A stretch of 64,000 nt of DNA from the IMG/VR virus record IMGVR_UViG_3300020408_000003, positions 17,649 through 81,648 of that record; one strand, 5' to 3'. Position numbers and translations under genes: made by a program. Positions 1 to 9,240 of this stretch are shown here, one piece after another. Origin of the DNA: a virus. Numbering within the stretch: the first letter of the stretch is position 1; each line of letters opens with the position of its first letter. Below the pieces are notes generated by a model. That model was not told the origin of the DNA. It made no database searches and worked only from the letters and a program-made list of their open reading frames with translations.

Positions 1-60
1 TAATTATTATCTAACAACCAATAAACAGTTGATCGCGTCTACCAATTCCGCCACCCCAGA
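1..60 (-). tRNA. Partial atypical tRNA, anticodon GUU (Asn), apparent long variable arm; 3' half outside the window
   Basis: Minus strand reads TCTGGGG-TG-GCG GAATTGGTAGA CGC-G-ATCAA CTGTTTA TTGGT-TGTTAGATAATAATTA. D-arm with GG, 5-bp anticodon stem, 7-nt loop with U33 and GTT at 26..24. No T-loop in the following 16 nt. Confidence 0.75.
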
Positions 61-66
61 ATAATT

Positions 67-957
67 TTATGGTCTAGGATTACCGTATGATTGTGCAAAT
101 CCATGCATTACTCCACTTTTAGGATCAACAAATTCAGTAGTAAAATTTGCATTTACTCTTTTGTGCGCTTTTATCATTCGAGTCACACCAATTCCACCAC
201 CAACTCTTGGAAAAAATTCAAACTTTAAAAATTCATCAAGTTCTTTTTGCACTCTTTCTTTACCAAATAAATCATAAAGTAATTGAGCATACTGTCCATC
301 TGATATAGTTTCAAAAGTATTTCTCATTTGATCTACGTCTGTGCTTCTTTCAGCAGATCCAATTGTTTCCATACCATTTAAAATAACGTCAATCTTTTTA
401 CTTGTTTTGCCGTCTTCATTTCTTGTCATATTCCAAAAAGGTGATGTATGTTCTGGAAATTTAGTAATCATGCCCCAATCAATTTGTTTTTCATGGTAAT
501 TATCAAGTTCATCTGTATTAAATTCTAAACACCATTCTTCATATGTTTTTTCATCTAACTTAGGAAATCCCATATATTCACATAATTCGATTTCTAATTT
601 TTTTAGATCATCAATGTCACCTGGCATTTCAAATTCAAACATTGGAAAGATTGTTTCATGTCTTCCTTGTATTGGATTTGGTTCTTGTCTATAACTTGTT
701 GAAAGACAAAAATAACCTGGTGAATTCGGGCCACCGTGTGCTAGCAATTCGTGTTCTAACCACATTTGCCCAGTTTGGGGTAATGGCCAAACTTCTCCAT
801 CATAATTATAAATTCCTACTGTTTCAGGATCTTCACACGCTGCTAATATACTTAATCTATTTTGTGTATGTACTTCCCACCAACCTTTTTCCAAAAAAAA
901 GGACCGTAAACGGCCCACTGTAAAACTATAATCTTGTGAATTAATCAACTTTGTCAT
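67..957 (-). CDS. Class IIb aminoacyl-tRNA synthetase (Asn/Asp-like) catalytic-domain-only protein
   Basis: LPQTGQMWLE, motif 2 YRQE...RH..IFPMFEFE, ETIGSAER, motif 3 GGGIGVTR. At 296 aa it has no N-terminal OB-fold anticodon-binding domain. Confidence 0.8.
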   Translation of the reverse strand: MTKLINSQDYSFTVGRLRSFFLEKGWWEVHTQNRLSILAACEDPETVGIYNYDGEVWPLPQTGQMWLEHELLAHGGPNSPGYFCLSTSYRQEPNPIQGRHETIFPMFEFEMPGDIDDLKKLEIELCEYMGFPKLDEKTYEEWCLEFNTDELDNYHEKQIDWGMITKFPEHTSPFWNMTRNEDGKTSKKIDVILNGMETIGSAERSTDVDQMRNTFETISDGQYAQLLYDLFGKERVQKELDEFLKFEFFPRVGGGIGVTRMIKAHKRVNANFTTEFVDPKSGVMHGFAQSYGNPRP

Positions 958-978
958 ACTTGCTCCTTTTTTAAATTT

Positions 979-986
979 TATTTATA
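979..986 (-). promoter_or_regulatory. T4-type late promoter TATAAATA upstream of the aaRS-like gene
   Basis: Exact TATAAATA on the minus strand, followed by an AAGGAG SD and ATG at 957. Confidence 0.7.
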
Positions 987-991
987 CCTTA

Positions 992-1669
992 TTATTGTAT
1001 GTTTGGAAATATTTCTGAAATAACTTTAGCACATTCAACAGCAACAAGTCTATGTTCTTTCTGTGTTCCGTTAGCAGATCGTAATTCTATAAAATGAATC
1101 CAAGATCTTAAAGTTCCACTCATGTATAATCTACTTTTTGTTAATCCTTCTGGCAAAACAGCTCGAGCTTGTTCTTTTGCAATGCCATGTTCTACAGCCC
1201 ATTTATAGACTTCTCTACATTGATTTATAACTCCTGTTTGTCGTCTTTGCCATTCTGTAATCAACTCTTGCATTTTTTTATCATTCTGAATACTCGGATC
1301 ATTTTCTATTTCAATACTATTTTGTCTGTTCTTTTCATCTTGCAATCTACATTCACGAGTTGTAAAAGATAAATCGTCAGTAGGATCTGCATATCTTTGA
1401 CTAAACTCTTGAAATGAAAATGATCTGTGTCTGAGTATTTGTCTGGCAATGTCTCGAGTTGTTTCTATCTCCAAGCAAGCGCTAACCATTTCGAAGGGCG
1501 ACCAATGCTTGTTTTTGATAAGATAACGTAAGAGCTTTTCTGACGTTTTTTTGTTGGTTTGGTTCGATGGATTGGAAACACGGGCGCAATACGCAACGAG
1601 ATCTTTGGCATCTTCTACTCCCTCCATTTTCTCAAATGGTTTACTGTAACTTATAAGTTTTACGTTCAT
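992..1669 (-). CDS. thyX: FAD-dependent thymidylate synthase
   Basis: HWSPFE and the ThyX signature RHRSFSFQEFSQRY. Confidence 0.95.
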   Translation of the reverse strand: MNVKLISYSKPFEKMEGVEDAKDLVAYCARVSNPSNQTNKKTSEKLLRYLIKNKHWSPFEMVSACLEIETTRDIARQILRHRSFSFQEFSQRYADPTDDLSFTTRECRLQDEKNRQNSIEIENDPSIQNDKKMQELITEWQRRQTGVINQCREVYKWAVEHGIAKEQARAVLPEGLTKSRLYMSGTLRSWIHFIELRSANGTQKEHRLVAVECAKVISEIFPNIQ

Positions 1670-1914
1670 GTTGTAACTTCCAACTCACTTTTAATTTTTT
1701 CAACAACCTTTTCGTTTACGCATGAAATCATATGCGGTTCATTATCTGGTCCAAATTCCGCAAATAATCTACGCATTATCGGAAACATATTAATTTGAGT
1801 AAATCTAGCACATTGTTCCCATGTATTAAATTTATGCGTATCAAATACGTAAATATCACGTGTACCCTGTTCAACATTAATTACTGACATCATTGCTACT
1901 ATTAAAAATTTCAT
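1666..1914 (-). CDS. Small hypothetical protein, hydrophobic N-terminus, two Cys
   Basis: ORF tightly coupled to its neighbours; contains FNTWEQC and ISCV. Confidence 0.6.
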   Translation of the reverse strand: MKFLIVAMMSVINVEQGTRDIYVFDTHKFNTWEQCARFTQINMFPIMRRLFAEFGPDNEPHMISCVNEKVVEKIKSELEVTT

Positions 1915-2565
1915 TTAACTTTCCTTTATCATTGTCCAAAAACCGGATCCTGTTTCAAAATCATGATGATCAAATTTACGTCTATGTTCTTTTAAAAAAC
2001 CATCAATAGCTCTAACTGTTCCTTGATGACTAGGATGATAATCATCGCCGCATATGTATTTTACATCTTTTAAAGCTCGTAATTCTAAAGTAACATTGAA
2101 GTAACTGTGTAATCCATCAATATAAACTAGATCCCAATTTGTATCTTTTTCTAATATTTCTAAACTTTTCTTTTGATGTATTATGTGTTTCATCATAAAT
2201 CGAGTCGGATGTTGAGACATTACCCAATTAAAAATTTTTCTTTGAGCATTATCGTTTTCTTCAACATACATCTTCATAAGATATTCAATCGTAGAATTTC
2301 CTTTATGTTTTTCAATCACTCCATTATAATGTTTTTGTTTTAAATAAGGTTCATTCATGTCAAAAGTATCACACGTATGAAGTTCAACATCTTTTGGTAA
2401 ATTATTTAATAATATCCAAGTAGAACATCCCCATGCACAACCGATTTCTAAGACTCTTCCACCAGACTTAACATTACGAGCAAATTCACCAAGAGCTTCT
2501 AAATGTTTTGGATTATTAAATCCTGGAATATCTAAATAGTGTTTCACTGGTTTTGGTATAATCAT
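1915..2565 (-). CDS. Class I SAM-dependent methyltransferase (Methyltransf_24-like)
   Basis: VLEIGCAWGCST motif I, DLVYIDGLH, ICGDDY. Confidence 0.85.
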   Translation of the reverse strand: MIIPKPVKHYLDIPGFNNPKHLEALGEFARNVKSGGRVLEIGCAWGCSTWILLNNLPKDVELHTCDTFDMNEPYLKQKHYNGVIEKHKGNSTIEYLMKMYVEENDNAQRKIFNWVMSQHPTRFMMKHIIHQKKSLEILEKDTNWDLVYIDGLHSYFNVTLELRALKDVKYICGDDYHPSHQGTVRAIDGFLKEHRRKFDHHDFETGSGFWTMIKES

Positions 2566-3932
2566 AATTTAAAATCCTCGAACTTTTTACCAGCTGGCGT
2601 TTTATCAAAAACCGGTGTATCATCAGTTAAAGTTTGGTGACTTTCTTCAACATCGTATAATTTCATTTTACTTCTATCTATTCCAATAACGAAACGTCGA
2701 TGTTGCGTAGGATCGTTATAGCGATTTTTTAATTGTTTAACCATCATTTGTCCCATACCATCAAGTTCTTCAGAAGATATCAAAGCAAACATTAGATCTG
2801 CAGTAGCTGGCAAACCAAAGCTTTCTGACGTATCTTCTAAACCGATATCAGAACTTCCAAACCCAGATCGAGTTGTTTGTGTTGCAGAAAATATGGGTAA
2901 ATCAAATTCTACGGCTAAACCGCGTAATTCTTCGGCAATCGCTTTGACATATGAATAAGAATTAATTGCACCGCCTAAACCTTTCATCCTTGAACTAGCA
3001 CATATATTTAAATAATCTATGAAGATAATATCTGGTTTAAATTGTTTTTTTAATTTTAATTCGTTTAACAAAGATCTAAAATGGCCAGAATGAGCAGCAC
3101 CTGTAGGATATTCTTTTATTATAAGTTTACCGTTTGTTTTACGAGATATGTCTTCAACTTTACTAGTAAACATATCTTTAGACATTTTATCTAATTGATC
3201 GATAGGGACATTTAATAAATTAGCATCAATACGCTCTGCTATTCTTTCTTCAGCCATTTCCATTGTAATATATAAAACATTATAACTATCATTTAATGCA
3301 GCAGCCGCTACATGGCACATGAAAAGAGACTTACCAACCCCAGTGCCAGCAAGAGCAATATTAAGAGTTTTATTAGGAACACCTCCCTTAGTGATTTTGT
3401 TAAAATACTCCAGATCGAACGGTATACGACTTTCTTCCTTATGATAAAATTCAAATCTTTCTCCGGCTTGTTCGACATAATCGTGACCTACATTTGTATC
3501 AAACGCCACACCTAATGCATCTTGTAATAAACTAGGTAAAGCGTTTTTCGTTAACTTTTCGTGTTTACCATCTATGATTGAGATGGATTCCATTACGGCA
3601 TTGTATATAGCTCTATCTTGACACCACTTTTCGGTATTTTCTAAAAGCCATTTTTCATCAACTTCGTCACCATCAAACAAGTTTTGAGCAATATCAACAG
3701 CAGTTGAAAATTGTTCGTTACTTAAATTAGAATGTTCGTTTAATTCTACTAAGAACGATTCTCGAGTTGGCAACTTGTTGTATTTATCAACGAACTTACC
3801 AGCTTCCTTAAATAATGTTTTATACGGACCTTCAAAATATTCTGGTTTGATGAAAGGTAAAACCTTTCGCATATAATCGTCATCAGTTAATAATTTTCGA
3901 AGTATCGTCTGTTCTATTCTCGTATTCATCAA
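2562..3932 (-). CDS. 41: Replicative DNA helicase gp41
   Basis: Walker A AGTGVGKS, YITMEM, IFIDYLN, SATQTTR, SESFGLPATAD; T4 synteny. Confidence 0.95.
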   Translation of the reverse strand: MMNTRIEQTILRKLLTDDDYMRKVLPFIKPEYFEGPYKTLFKEAGKFVDKYNKLPTRESFLVELNEHSNLSNEQFSTAVDIAQNLFDGDEVDEKWLLENTEKWCQDRAIYNAVMESISIIDGKHEKLTKNALPSLLQDALGVAFDTNVGHDYVEQAGERFEFYHKEESRIPFDLEYFNKITKGGVPNKTLNIALAGTGVGKSLFMCHVAAAALNDSYNVLYITMEMAEERIAERIDANLLNVPIDQLDKMSKDMFTSKVEDISRKTNGKLIIKEYPTGAAHSGHFRSLLNELKLKKQFKPDIIFIDYLNICASSRMKGLGGAINSYSYVKAIAEELRGLAVEFDLPIFSATQTTRSGFGSSDIGLEDTSESFGLPATADLMFALISSEELDGMGQMMVKQLKNRYNDPTQHRRFVIGIDRSKMKLYDVEESHQTLTDDTPVFDKTPAGKKFEDFKL

Positions 3933-4227
3933 TTCGCTTTTTTTCCTCTAATTTTACCCAACCGTCTTTTTCACCTCGTTCTATAATATCTTCTAATACT
4001 CTTGCAAGGACAAAATGTAAATCTTCATTATCTACCGTTAAATTTAAATCAGGACTTTCTATTATGCTAAAGTCATACGTAAATTGCTTTCTCTTTCCAT
4101 CGAAAGCTACAGTTCCATATTGAACTACAGTTTCAACAAAATCTCCAGTTAATATTCTGATATGCCAGGCATGTGAATCACTAGAACTTGGTATGAGTTC
4201 GTAGTCTTTATTCTCTTGCATCTTCAA
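3883..4227 (-). CDS. Hypothetical protein at the T4 gene 40 position (possible head vertex assembly chaperone)
   Basis: Lies between uvsX and 41 with a similar size; function inferred from position only. Confidence 0.5.
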   Translation of the reverse strand: MKMQENKDYELIPSSSDSHAWHIRILTGDFVETVVQYGTVAFDGKRKQFTYDFSIIESPDLNLTVDNEDLHFVLARVLEDIIERGEKDGWVKLEEKKRIDEYENRTDDTSKIIN

Positions 4228-5233
4228 TATCTATACTCCTATTACCGCCAATTTGATATGCGCTTTTAATATAGTCTTTAAAATCAGTTTTTTCGAAAAT
4301 TGGTTTCCAAAAATCTTCAACTAAAGTAGATTCATGTCTAACTTTATTTTCTTCATTTGCACGTGCGTACCACCCAGGCGAAGGCTTAGTCACATAACCA
4401 CCGGTCATAGCAATATCAAGTAAACCAGAATAAGATAAAACACCGCCTTCCCAAGAAACAGAAATCGGTATCTTAGATTTTTCTTTTACATACCGTGATT
4501 TTTCTACGTTAATAATAAAATGATAACCTTGAATCTCAGTACCTTTTTTATCTTGTTGCCTACCGATAATCCATATATTGTCAGCACTATAGTATATGCC
4601 AGTACCACCAGATACCACGTCTTTTGGAAATAAACCGATTTCTTTGTATGTATGATTTACTGCAATGAGTGGTATGTTTTTCATATTTAAATATGGTGTA
4701 CACATTCTAAATAAACCTTTGAGAGCTTTTGCTCTTGACATATCCGCAACTGATTTTTCATTAATAGCATCTTCTAATTCTTTTTTAGAAGCTAAGTTAC
4801 CAACAGAATCAATCATGATAATAACTCTATCATTACGATCTATACCTTCTAATTGACTTATCATATCGAATTTTAATTCTTCAACGTTTGTAATAGGTGT
4901 ATGTAAAACACGAGAAGTATCAATGTTAAATTGCTGAAAGTAAGATTGAGGTGAACCAAACTCTGAATCATAAAATAACAGTACAGCGTCTTCATACTTT
5001 TTTAAATATGCAGAAGCCATTATCAAACCGAAAGAAGTTTTAAAATGTTTTGATGGTCCTGCTAGTACTGTCAAACCAGGTGCTAATCCGCCTTCTGTTG
5101 TACCAGATAATGCAACGTTCATCATCGGAACGTCTGTTGGTACCATATCTTTTTCTGTAAAAAATTTACTTTCAGATAGAATATTTGTATATTCTACTTT
5201 ACTATTCTTTTTTAATTTATCCATTATCGACAT
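4208..5233 (-). CDS. uvsX: RecA-like recombinase UvsX
   Basis: AGPSKHFKT, YDSEFG, IDSVGNLASKKE, SGGTGIYYSAD. Confidence 0.95.
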   Translation of the reverse strand: MSIMDKLKKNSKVEYTNILSESKFFTEKDMVPTDVPMMNVALSGTTEGGLAPGLTVLAGPSKHFKTSFGLIMASAYLKKYEDAVLLFYDSEFGSPQSYFQQFNIDTSRVLHTPITNVEELKFDMISQLEGIDRNDRVIIMIDSVGNLASKKELEDAINEKSVADMSRAKALKGLFRMCTPYLNMKNIPLIAVNHTYKEIGLFPKDVVSGGTGIYYSADNIWIIGRQQDKKGTEIQGYHFIINVEKSRYVKEKSKIPISVSWEGGVLSYSGLLDIAMTGGYVTKPSPGWYARANEENKVRHESTLVEDFWKPIFEKTDFKDYIKSAYQIGGNRSIDIEDARE

Positions 5234-5242
5234 ATATGTCTC

Positions 5243-6199
5243 CTAATTTTTCTTATAATAACTTTTATACCACTCAACAAAATCACGAATTCCATTTTCT
5301 ATATTCGTCATTGGAACGTAGCCTAATTTTTTAATATTGGTTATATCAGCTAATGTATGACGAATGTCAGCTTTGTGCATATCACTAAATTTTATTTTTG
5401 CCTTACGACCTAAATTTTCTTCAATTAATGATACAAACTTCATGAGCGGTATACTCTCTCCACTTCCAATATTAAATATTTCATGCGTATTAATTCTTTT
5501 CACTTTATCTATGAGTAATTGTACACCATTTACGATATCTTGTACATAGGTAAAATCGCGAGACATTTCTCCATGACCATAAATTTCAATAGGTTGATCT
5601 TCTATGATTTTATCAGTAAATTTGTAAAGAGCCATATCTGGTCGACCATGCGGTCCGTATACAGTAAAGAATCTAAATCCTATTGATGAGGATAAATTGC
5701 TGTGTTTAAATTGACATTCATTAACGTATTTTGACCAAGCATAAGGATTTTTATGATGTTTAAATTCCATACTTTCTGTAAAGGGCGGTGTTTGACCAGC
5801 ATAAACGCTTGAAGACGAAGCATACACAATTGGTATTTGTAATTTTTCTGCTAATTTAATTATGTGCTGTGTTCCAAGTATATTTGTGTTGATATAATTA
5901 TCAGGATTTTCTAATGAATTTCTTACACCAGCATAAGCTGCTAAATGAACTATAACATCAATATCTTCAAAATCTTTTTCATTTAAATCAATTATATCTT
6001 TATTGTGTACATTTATATTAAAGGTTTTTAAAAGATCTGCACGGTTTTCTTTTAGCCACGGATTGTAATACGAATTAAAATTATCGCAACCGGTTACATC
6101 ATTTCCGTATGTTTTTAATTCCCTTGATCCTTTTTCCACAAAATTTGTCGCTAAATGATATCCTATAAACCCAGCGATACCAGTAATATAAATTTTCAT
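5243..6199 (-). CDS. NAD-dependent nucleotide-sugar epimerase (UDP-glucuronate 4-epimerase-like)
   Basis: TGIAGFIG, HLAAYAGVR, YASSSSVY, YxxxK, RFFTVYGPHGRPDMA. Confidence 0.9.
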   Translation of the reverse strand: MKIYITGIAGFIGYHLATNFVEKGSRELKTYGNDVTGCDNFNSYYNPWLKENRADLLKTFNINVHNKDIIDLNEKDFEDIDVIVHLAAYAGVRNSLENPDNYINTNILGTQHIIKLAEKLQIPIVYASSSSVYAGQTPPFTESMEFKHHKNPYAWSKYVNECQFKHSNLSSSIGFRFFTVYGPHGRPDMALYKFTDKIIEDQPIEIYGHGEMSRDFTYVQDIVNGVQLLIDKVKRINTHEIFNIGSGESIPLMKFVSLIEENLGRKAKIKFSDMHKADIRHTLADITNIKKLGYVPMTNIENGIRDFVEWYKSYYKKN

Positions 6200-7002
6200 T
6201 CATAACTCACGTTTTGTTCTTTTTCTCTATCATCTTTTTCATATTGCAATCTATATGTATTGTTTTTCTTGATAACGTATTCTAATATAGGCATACTATT
6301 TGTAAAATTAATCCATGCAGATAAATCTTTTGGAAAGCATGCTCCTCCAAAACCTCGTTTTCCATCAAATCCTGGTACTCTTGTATGAGATTGGCCAATT
6401 CTAGGATCTGTACCAATAGCATTTATAATCTTACCAAAGTTTCCACCGAAATTATCTACTGCATCGTATAATTCATTATACCATAAAACCTTTGTTGCTA
6501 AAAAACAATTGATTCCGTATTTTACAAAAGATGCGTCAGTCAATGACATATGAAACGTAGGACAGGGTTTACATATACTATACTCTTTATAAAATTGTTC
6601 TACCTTTTCTGTTGTTTCTTTTTGACCTCCAAAGACTTGAATTGAAGGATTGATTATATCTTCGTTAGCATTCTTTTCTGTAAGAAATTCTGGATTATAT
6701 ACTATTTTTAAATTATTTAAATTTTTTAAAATATTAGGTGGTATTGTAGATTTTATAACTATAATTCCACATTTAGTATTTTTTAATTTATTTAAAATAT
6801 TTTCTAATATGTATGTATTACAAGTACCGTTTTCACTCATAGGAGTTGGCACACAAACAAACGTTATATCAGAATTTATATCAGAATAATTTTCATCATT
6901 ATTATATTTAGGATCTATAATTTGTTTTTTAACGTCGTATTGAAAAGCATAATCAACTGCTTTACCAACAAATCCGTGACCAATGATCGTGATATTAAGC
7001 AT
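6196..7002 (-). CDS. UDP-glucose/GDP-mannose dehydrogenase family protein (short form without the C-terminal domain)
   Basis: GHGFVG, CVPTP, IKSTIPP, NPEFL, catalytic GFGGACFPKD. Confidence 0.88.
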   Translation of the reverse strand: MLNITIIGHGFVGKAVDYAFQYDVKKQIIDPKYNNDENYSDINSDITFVCVPTPMSENGTCNTYILENILNKLKNTKCGIIVIKSTIPPNILKNLNNLKIVYNPEFLTEKNANEDIINPSIQVFGGQKETTEKVEQFYKEYSICKPCPTFHMSLTDASFVKYGINCFLATKVLWYNELYDAVDNFGGNFGKIINAIGTDPRIGQSHTRVPGFDGKRGFGGACFPKDLSAWINFTNSMPILEYVIKKNNTYRLQYEKDDREKEQNVSYE

Positions 7003-7008
7003 TGCGAA

Positions 7009-8034
7009 TTAAACCATAAATTCATTTAATGGATGATCTATCTTTCTTTGTACACGTATTTCTTTCGGTCTTTTACCGGTATATAATCTTTTAAAACCTC
7101 CTGCATTTTTATATGGACCTGCTCTACAAACATTATCAAGAAATCGAATAAAAATACAAAGAGTATCTTCGTGTTGGGCTGGTGTTGTACCTAATTTTTC
7201 TGATAAAGCTATAAGACCTGTATCTGTAAAATCATCAAGAGCCATTCCCTTTGGTCGTTCAAAACATTCTAGCAATCCATCTCGAGCATTCGATCCACAC
7301 ATCAACATGCTATTTGGATCTACGTTATTCGGATGATAGTGAGCTATATCAGCAGATGCCATCGCAAATGGAAAGTTCCAACGTTTGATTCCTTCTTGTA
7401 AATGATATTCATTTAAAAAATTAGTAGTTGTACGAATTGAACGTGGAGTATTAGCTCTTACAAATTTAGAACATCTTTCAGCTTGATAAACTCCGTCAGT
7501 GCACATATACTCTGCGACGCTTTGACCTTTACGAGGATGCGGAGGAATATTACCTACAGACGTATTCATAGATCTTTTTTGTCTTTTCCACTTTCGAGTA
7601 AGATCAATCATCTCATCTATCGTTTCATATTTTCCGAAATGAGTTACGATGCTATTTCTATATCCGTGATCGTAAGTACCGCTAAATCCACTACCAGTTG
7701 CTCTATGAAATATATAAGTCCATATCCAGGTTTTTAAAGTCCAACTTTCTGTTTTATATTTTAAAATACGCTCTTTAACTTGATCTGGTCTTTTATGAAA
7801 CTGAGGACTTTTTTCTTTGTTTTGCAAATCTTCAAGAACATAATTAAATCCTTCGGTCCAACGAGAAACAGAATTATACACGCCGTTTTGCATTAATGGA
7901 TCATTTACTATTTTATTAGCTTCTTCTCCTAACGGATCGGTTGTGCCTATATGACAATTGTCTTCTAACCATTTTGCTCTTGGCCAGAAATATTCAACAT
8001 ATGTTTTATAATTTTCTCTTTGTACTAAATTCAT
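7009..8034 (-). CDS. Putative amino acid:DNA transferase (aGPT-Pplase1-like) DNA hypermodification enzyme
   Basis: N-terminal DPLMQ...YNSVSR..E and C-terminal EDTLC...RF resemble the DPIL..F.NV.R.D and E..LCE..KY motifs of the family as recalled; located in a modification operon. Confidence 0.55.
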   Translation of the reverse strand: MNLVQRENYKTYVEYFWPRAKWLEDNCHIGTTDPLGEEANKIVNDPLMQNGVYNSVSRWTEGFNYVLEDLQNKEKSPQFHKRPDQVKERILKYKTESWTLKTWIWTYIFHRATGSGFSGTYDHGYRNSIVTHFGKYETIDEMIDLTRKWKRQKRSMNTSVGNIPPHPRKGQSVAEYMCTDGVYQAERCSKFVRANTPRSIRTTTNFLNEYHLQEGIKRWNFPFAMASADIAHYHPNNVDPNSMLMCGSNARDGLLECFERPKGMALDDFTDTGLIALSEKLGTTPAQHEDTLCIFIRFLDNVCRAGPYKNAGGFKRLYTGKRPKEIRVQRKIDHPLNEFMV

Positions 8035-8042
8035 CGTAAATC

Positions 8043-9008
8043 CTATATTGTAAGTGGATTGCTGCCGAAATCGTTTCTACGATAATTGGGTGGAGCGATA
8101 TGTACACTTGATCCTTTTTCCATAAAATTCAATGCGTATTTTTCTGGATCCATATCATACCAAAAACGAGGTGGCATAACAATATTTCCTTTTGATTCGT
8201 CTGTAAGAATACTTATAAAGTCATCAGTAATACGTTTTCTTTCAGATTGAGAACCAAAAAATGGTGTACCTTTGTAATATCCAGTTTTAGGAAGTTTACG
8301 CTTTTCATATTCTACTGGCACGGGTGCAGCAAATTTAGGATCATCAGTACACTCTTTAGCTTGCTTTATGTATTCTTTAATCATTGCTTTTAGATCAACG
8401 TTATTGTGTCGAAGTAAATGATGTCGAATGTCTATGGAACCAAAACAAAATGTAATATTACCTTCTATTGGTTTATCTCGAAATAAATTTTTTAAACCAG
8501 TTTTTAAAGCTCCGTGTAAAGTAGCTCCATCTCTACGGTATATCTTATCTGTTTTATCGCTAAAAGCTAAAGTATGAGAATCGCCTACAGTAATTCCTTT
8601 CATATTAAGATCTTCTTGTTTTAAGATAGGAATATTTTTTAATAAAGCTTCAAGCTTATCGCACCATTGCTCAGTTACTTTATGATACGTACTAGAATTT
8701 CCAATTCTTTTTCTAAAATTATCGGTCCATATCTTTATATCCCATTCGAGTGATACAATCTTTTTACACATAAAGAGAGTATTAATGCGATCGTAAATAT
8801 CTCTATCGATACCACCAAAAAGATTAATTGATCCAGTAAAGTTAACTCCATGATTAATGTATACTATATCTGCATTTTGAATATTTTTTGTGCACGTATG
8901 ATCTATCTTCGCATTTAGTTGATCTGCCCATATTTGAGCATAACCAAGATTATGAGACTTCGGGGCTTTCGGTATATTCGACAGAGGATTGGTAATTACC
9001 AAAGACAT
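8043..9008 (-). CDS. Two-domain protein: T4 beta-glucosyltransferase-like N-terminal domain plus SGNH-like domain
   Basis: SINLFGG...WDIK resembles T4 BGT SINFFGG...TDIR; the C-terminal half has GDSH, G.IDIRHH and SSVH. Start placed at 9008 because of a GGAG SD. Confidence 0.5.
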   Translation of the reverse strand: MSLVITNPLSNIPKAPKSHNLGYAQIWADQLNAKIDHTCTKNIQNADIVYINHGVNFTGSINLFGGIDRDIYDRINTLFMCKKIVSLEWDIKIWTDNFRKRIGNSSTYHKVTEQWCDKLEALLKNIPILKQEDLNMKGITVGDSHTLAFSDKTDKIYRRDGATLHGALKTGLKNLFRDKPIEGNITFCFGSIDIRHHLLRHNNVDLKAMIKEYIKQAKECTDDPKFAAPVPVEYEKRKLPKTGYYKGTPFFGSQSERKRITDDFISILTDESKGNIVMPPRFWYDMDPEKYALNFMEKGSSVHIAPPNYRRNDFGSNPLTI

Positions 9009-9240
9009 ATTCAACTCCTGCTTCATTATATATTTTTTCAGATTCAGACCATCTTCGTGTCCAAATATCGGGATATCTGTACTTAGGCATTATAACACGT
9101 TTTATACCCATTTGTACAATGTTTTTTGTATATTCAGGCGAAGGCGGAAGACCGTAAATATATAAATCTGTGCCAATCATGACTTCGCCTTTATCGGTTT
9201 CTTTGGCTAAATCTATGTATTTCATATTGTATGAACTCAT
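8950..9240 (-). CDS. Degenerate dCMP-deaminase paralogue (no HxE or CxxC)
   Basis: LYIYGLPPSPEYTKNIVQMGIKRV aligns with MYITGLPTCHRCAKAIIQVGIKRV of the 9704 gene. Confidence 0.7.
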   Translation of the reverse strand: MSSYNMKYIDLAKETDKGEVMIGTDLYIYGLPPSPEYTKNIVQMGIKRVIMPKYRYPDIWTRRWSESEKIYNEAGVEYVFGNYQSSVEYTESPEVS

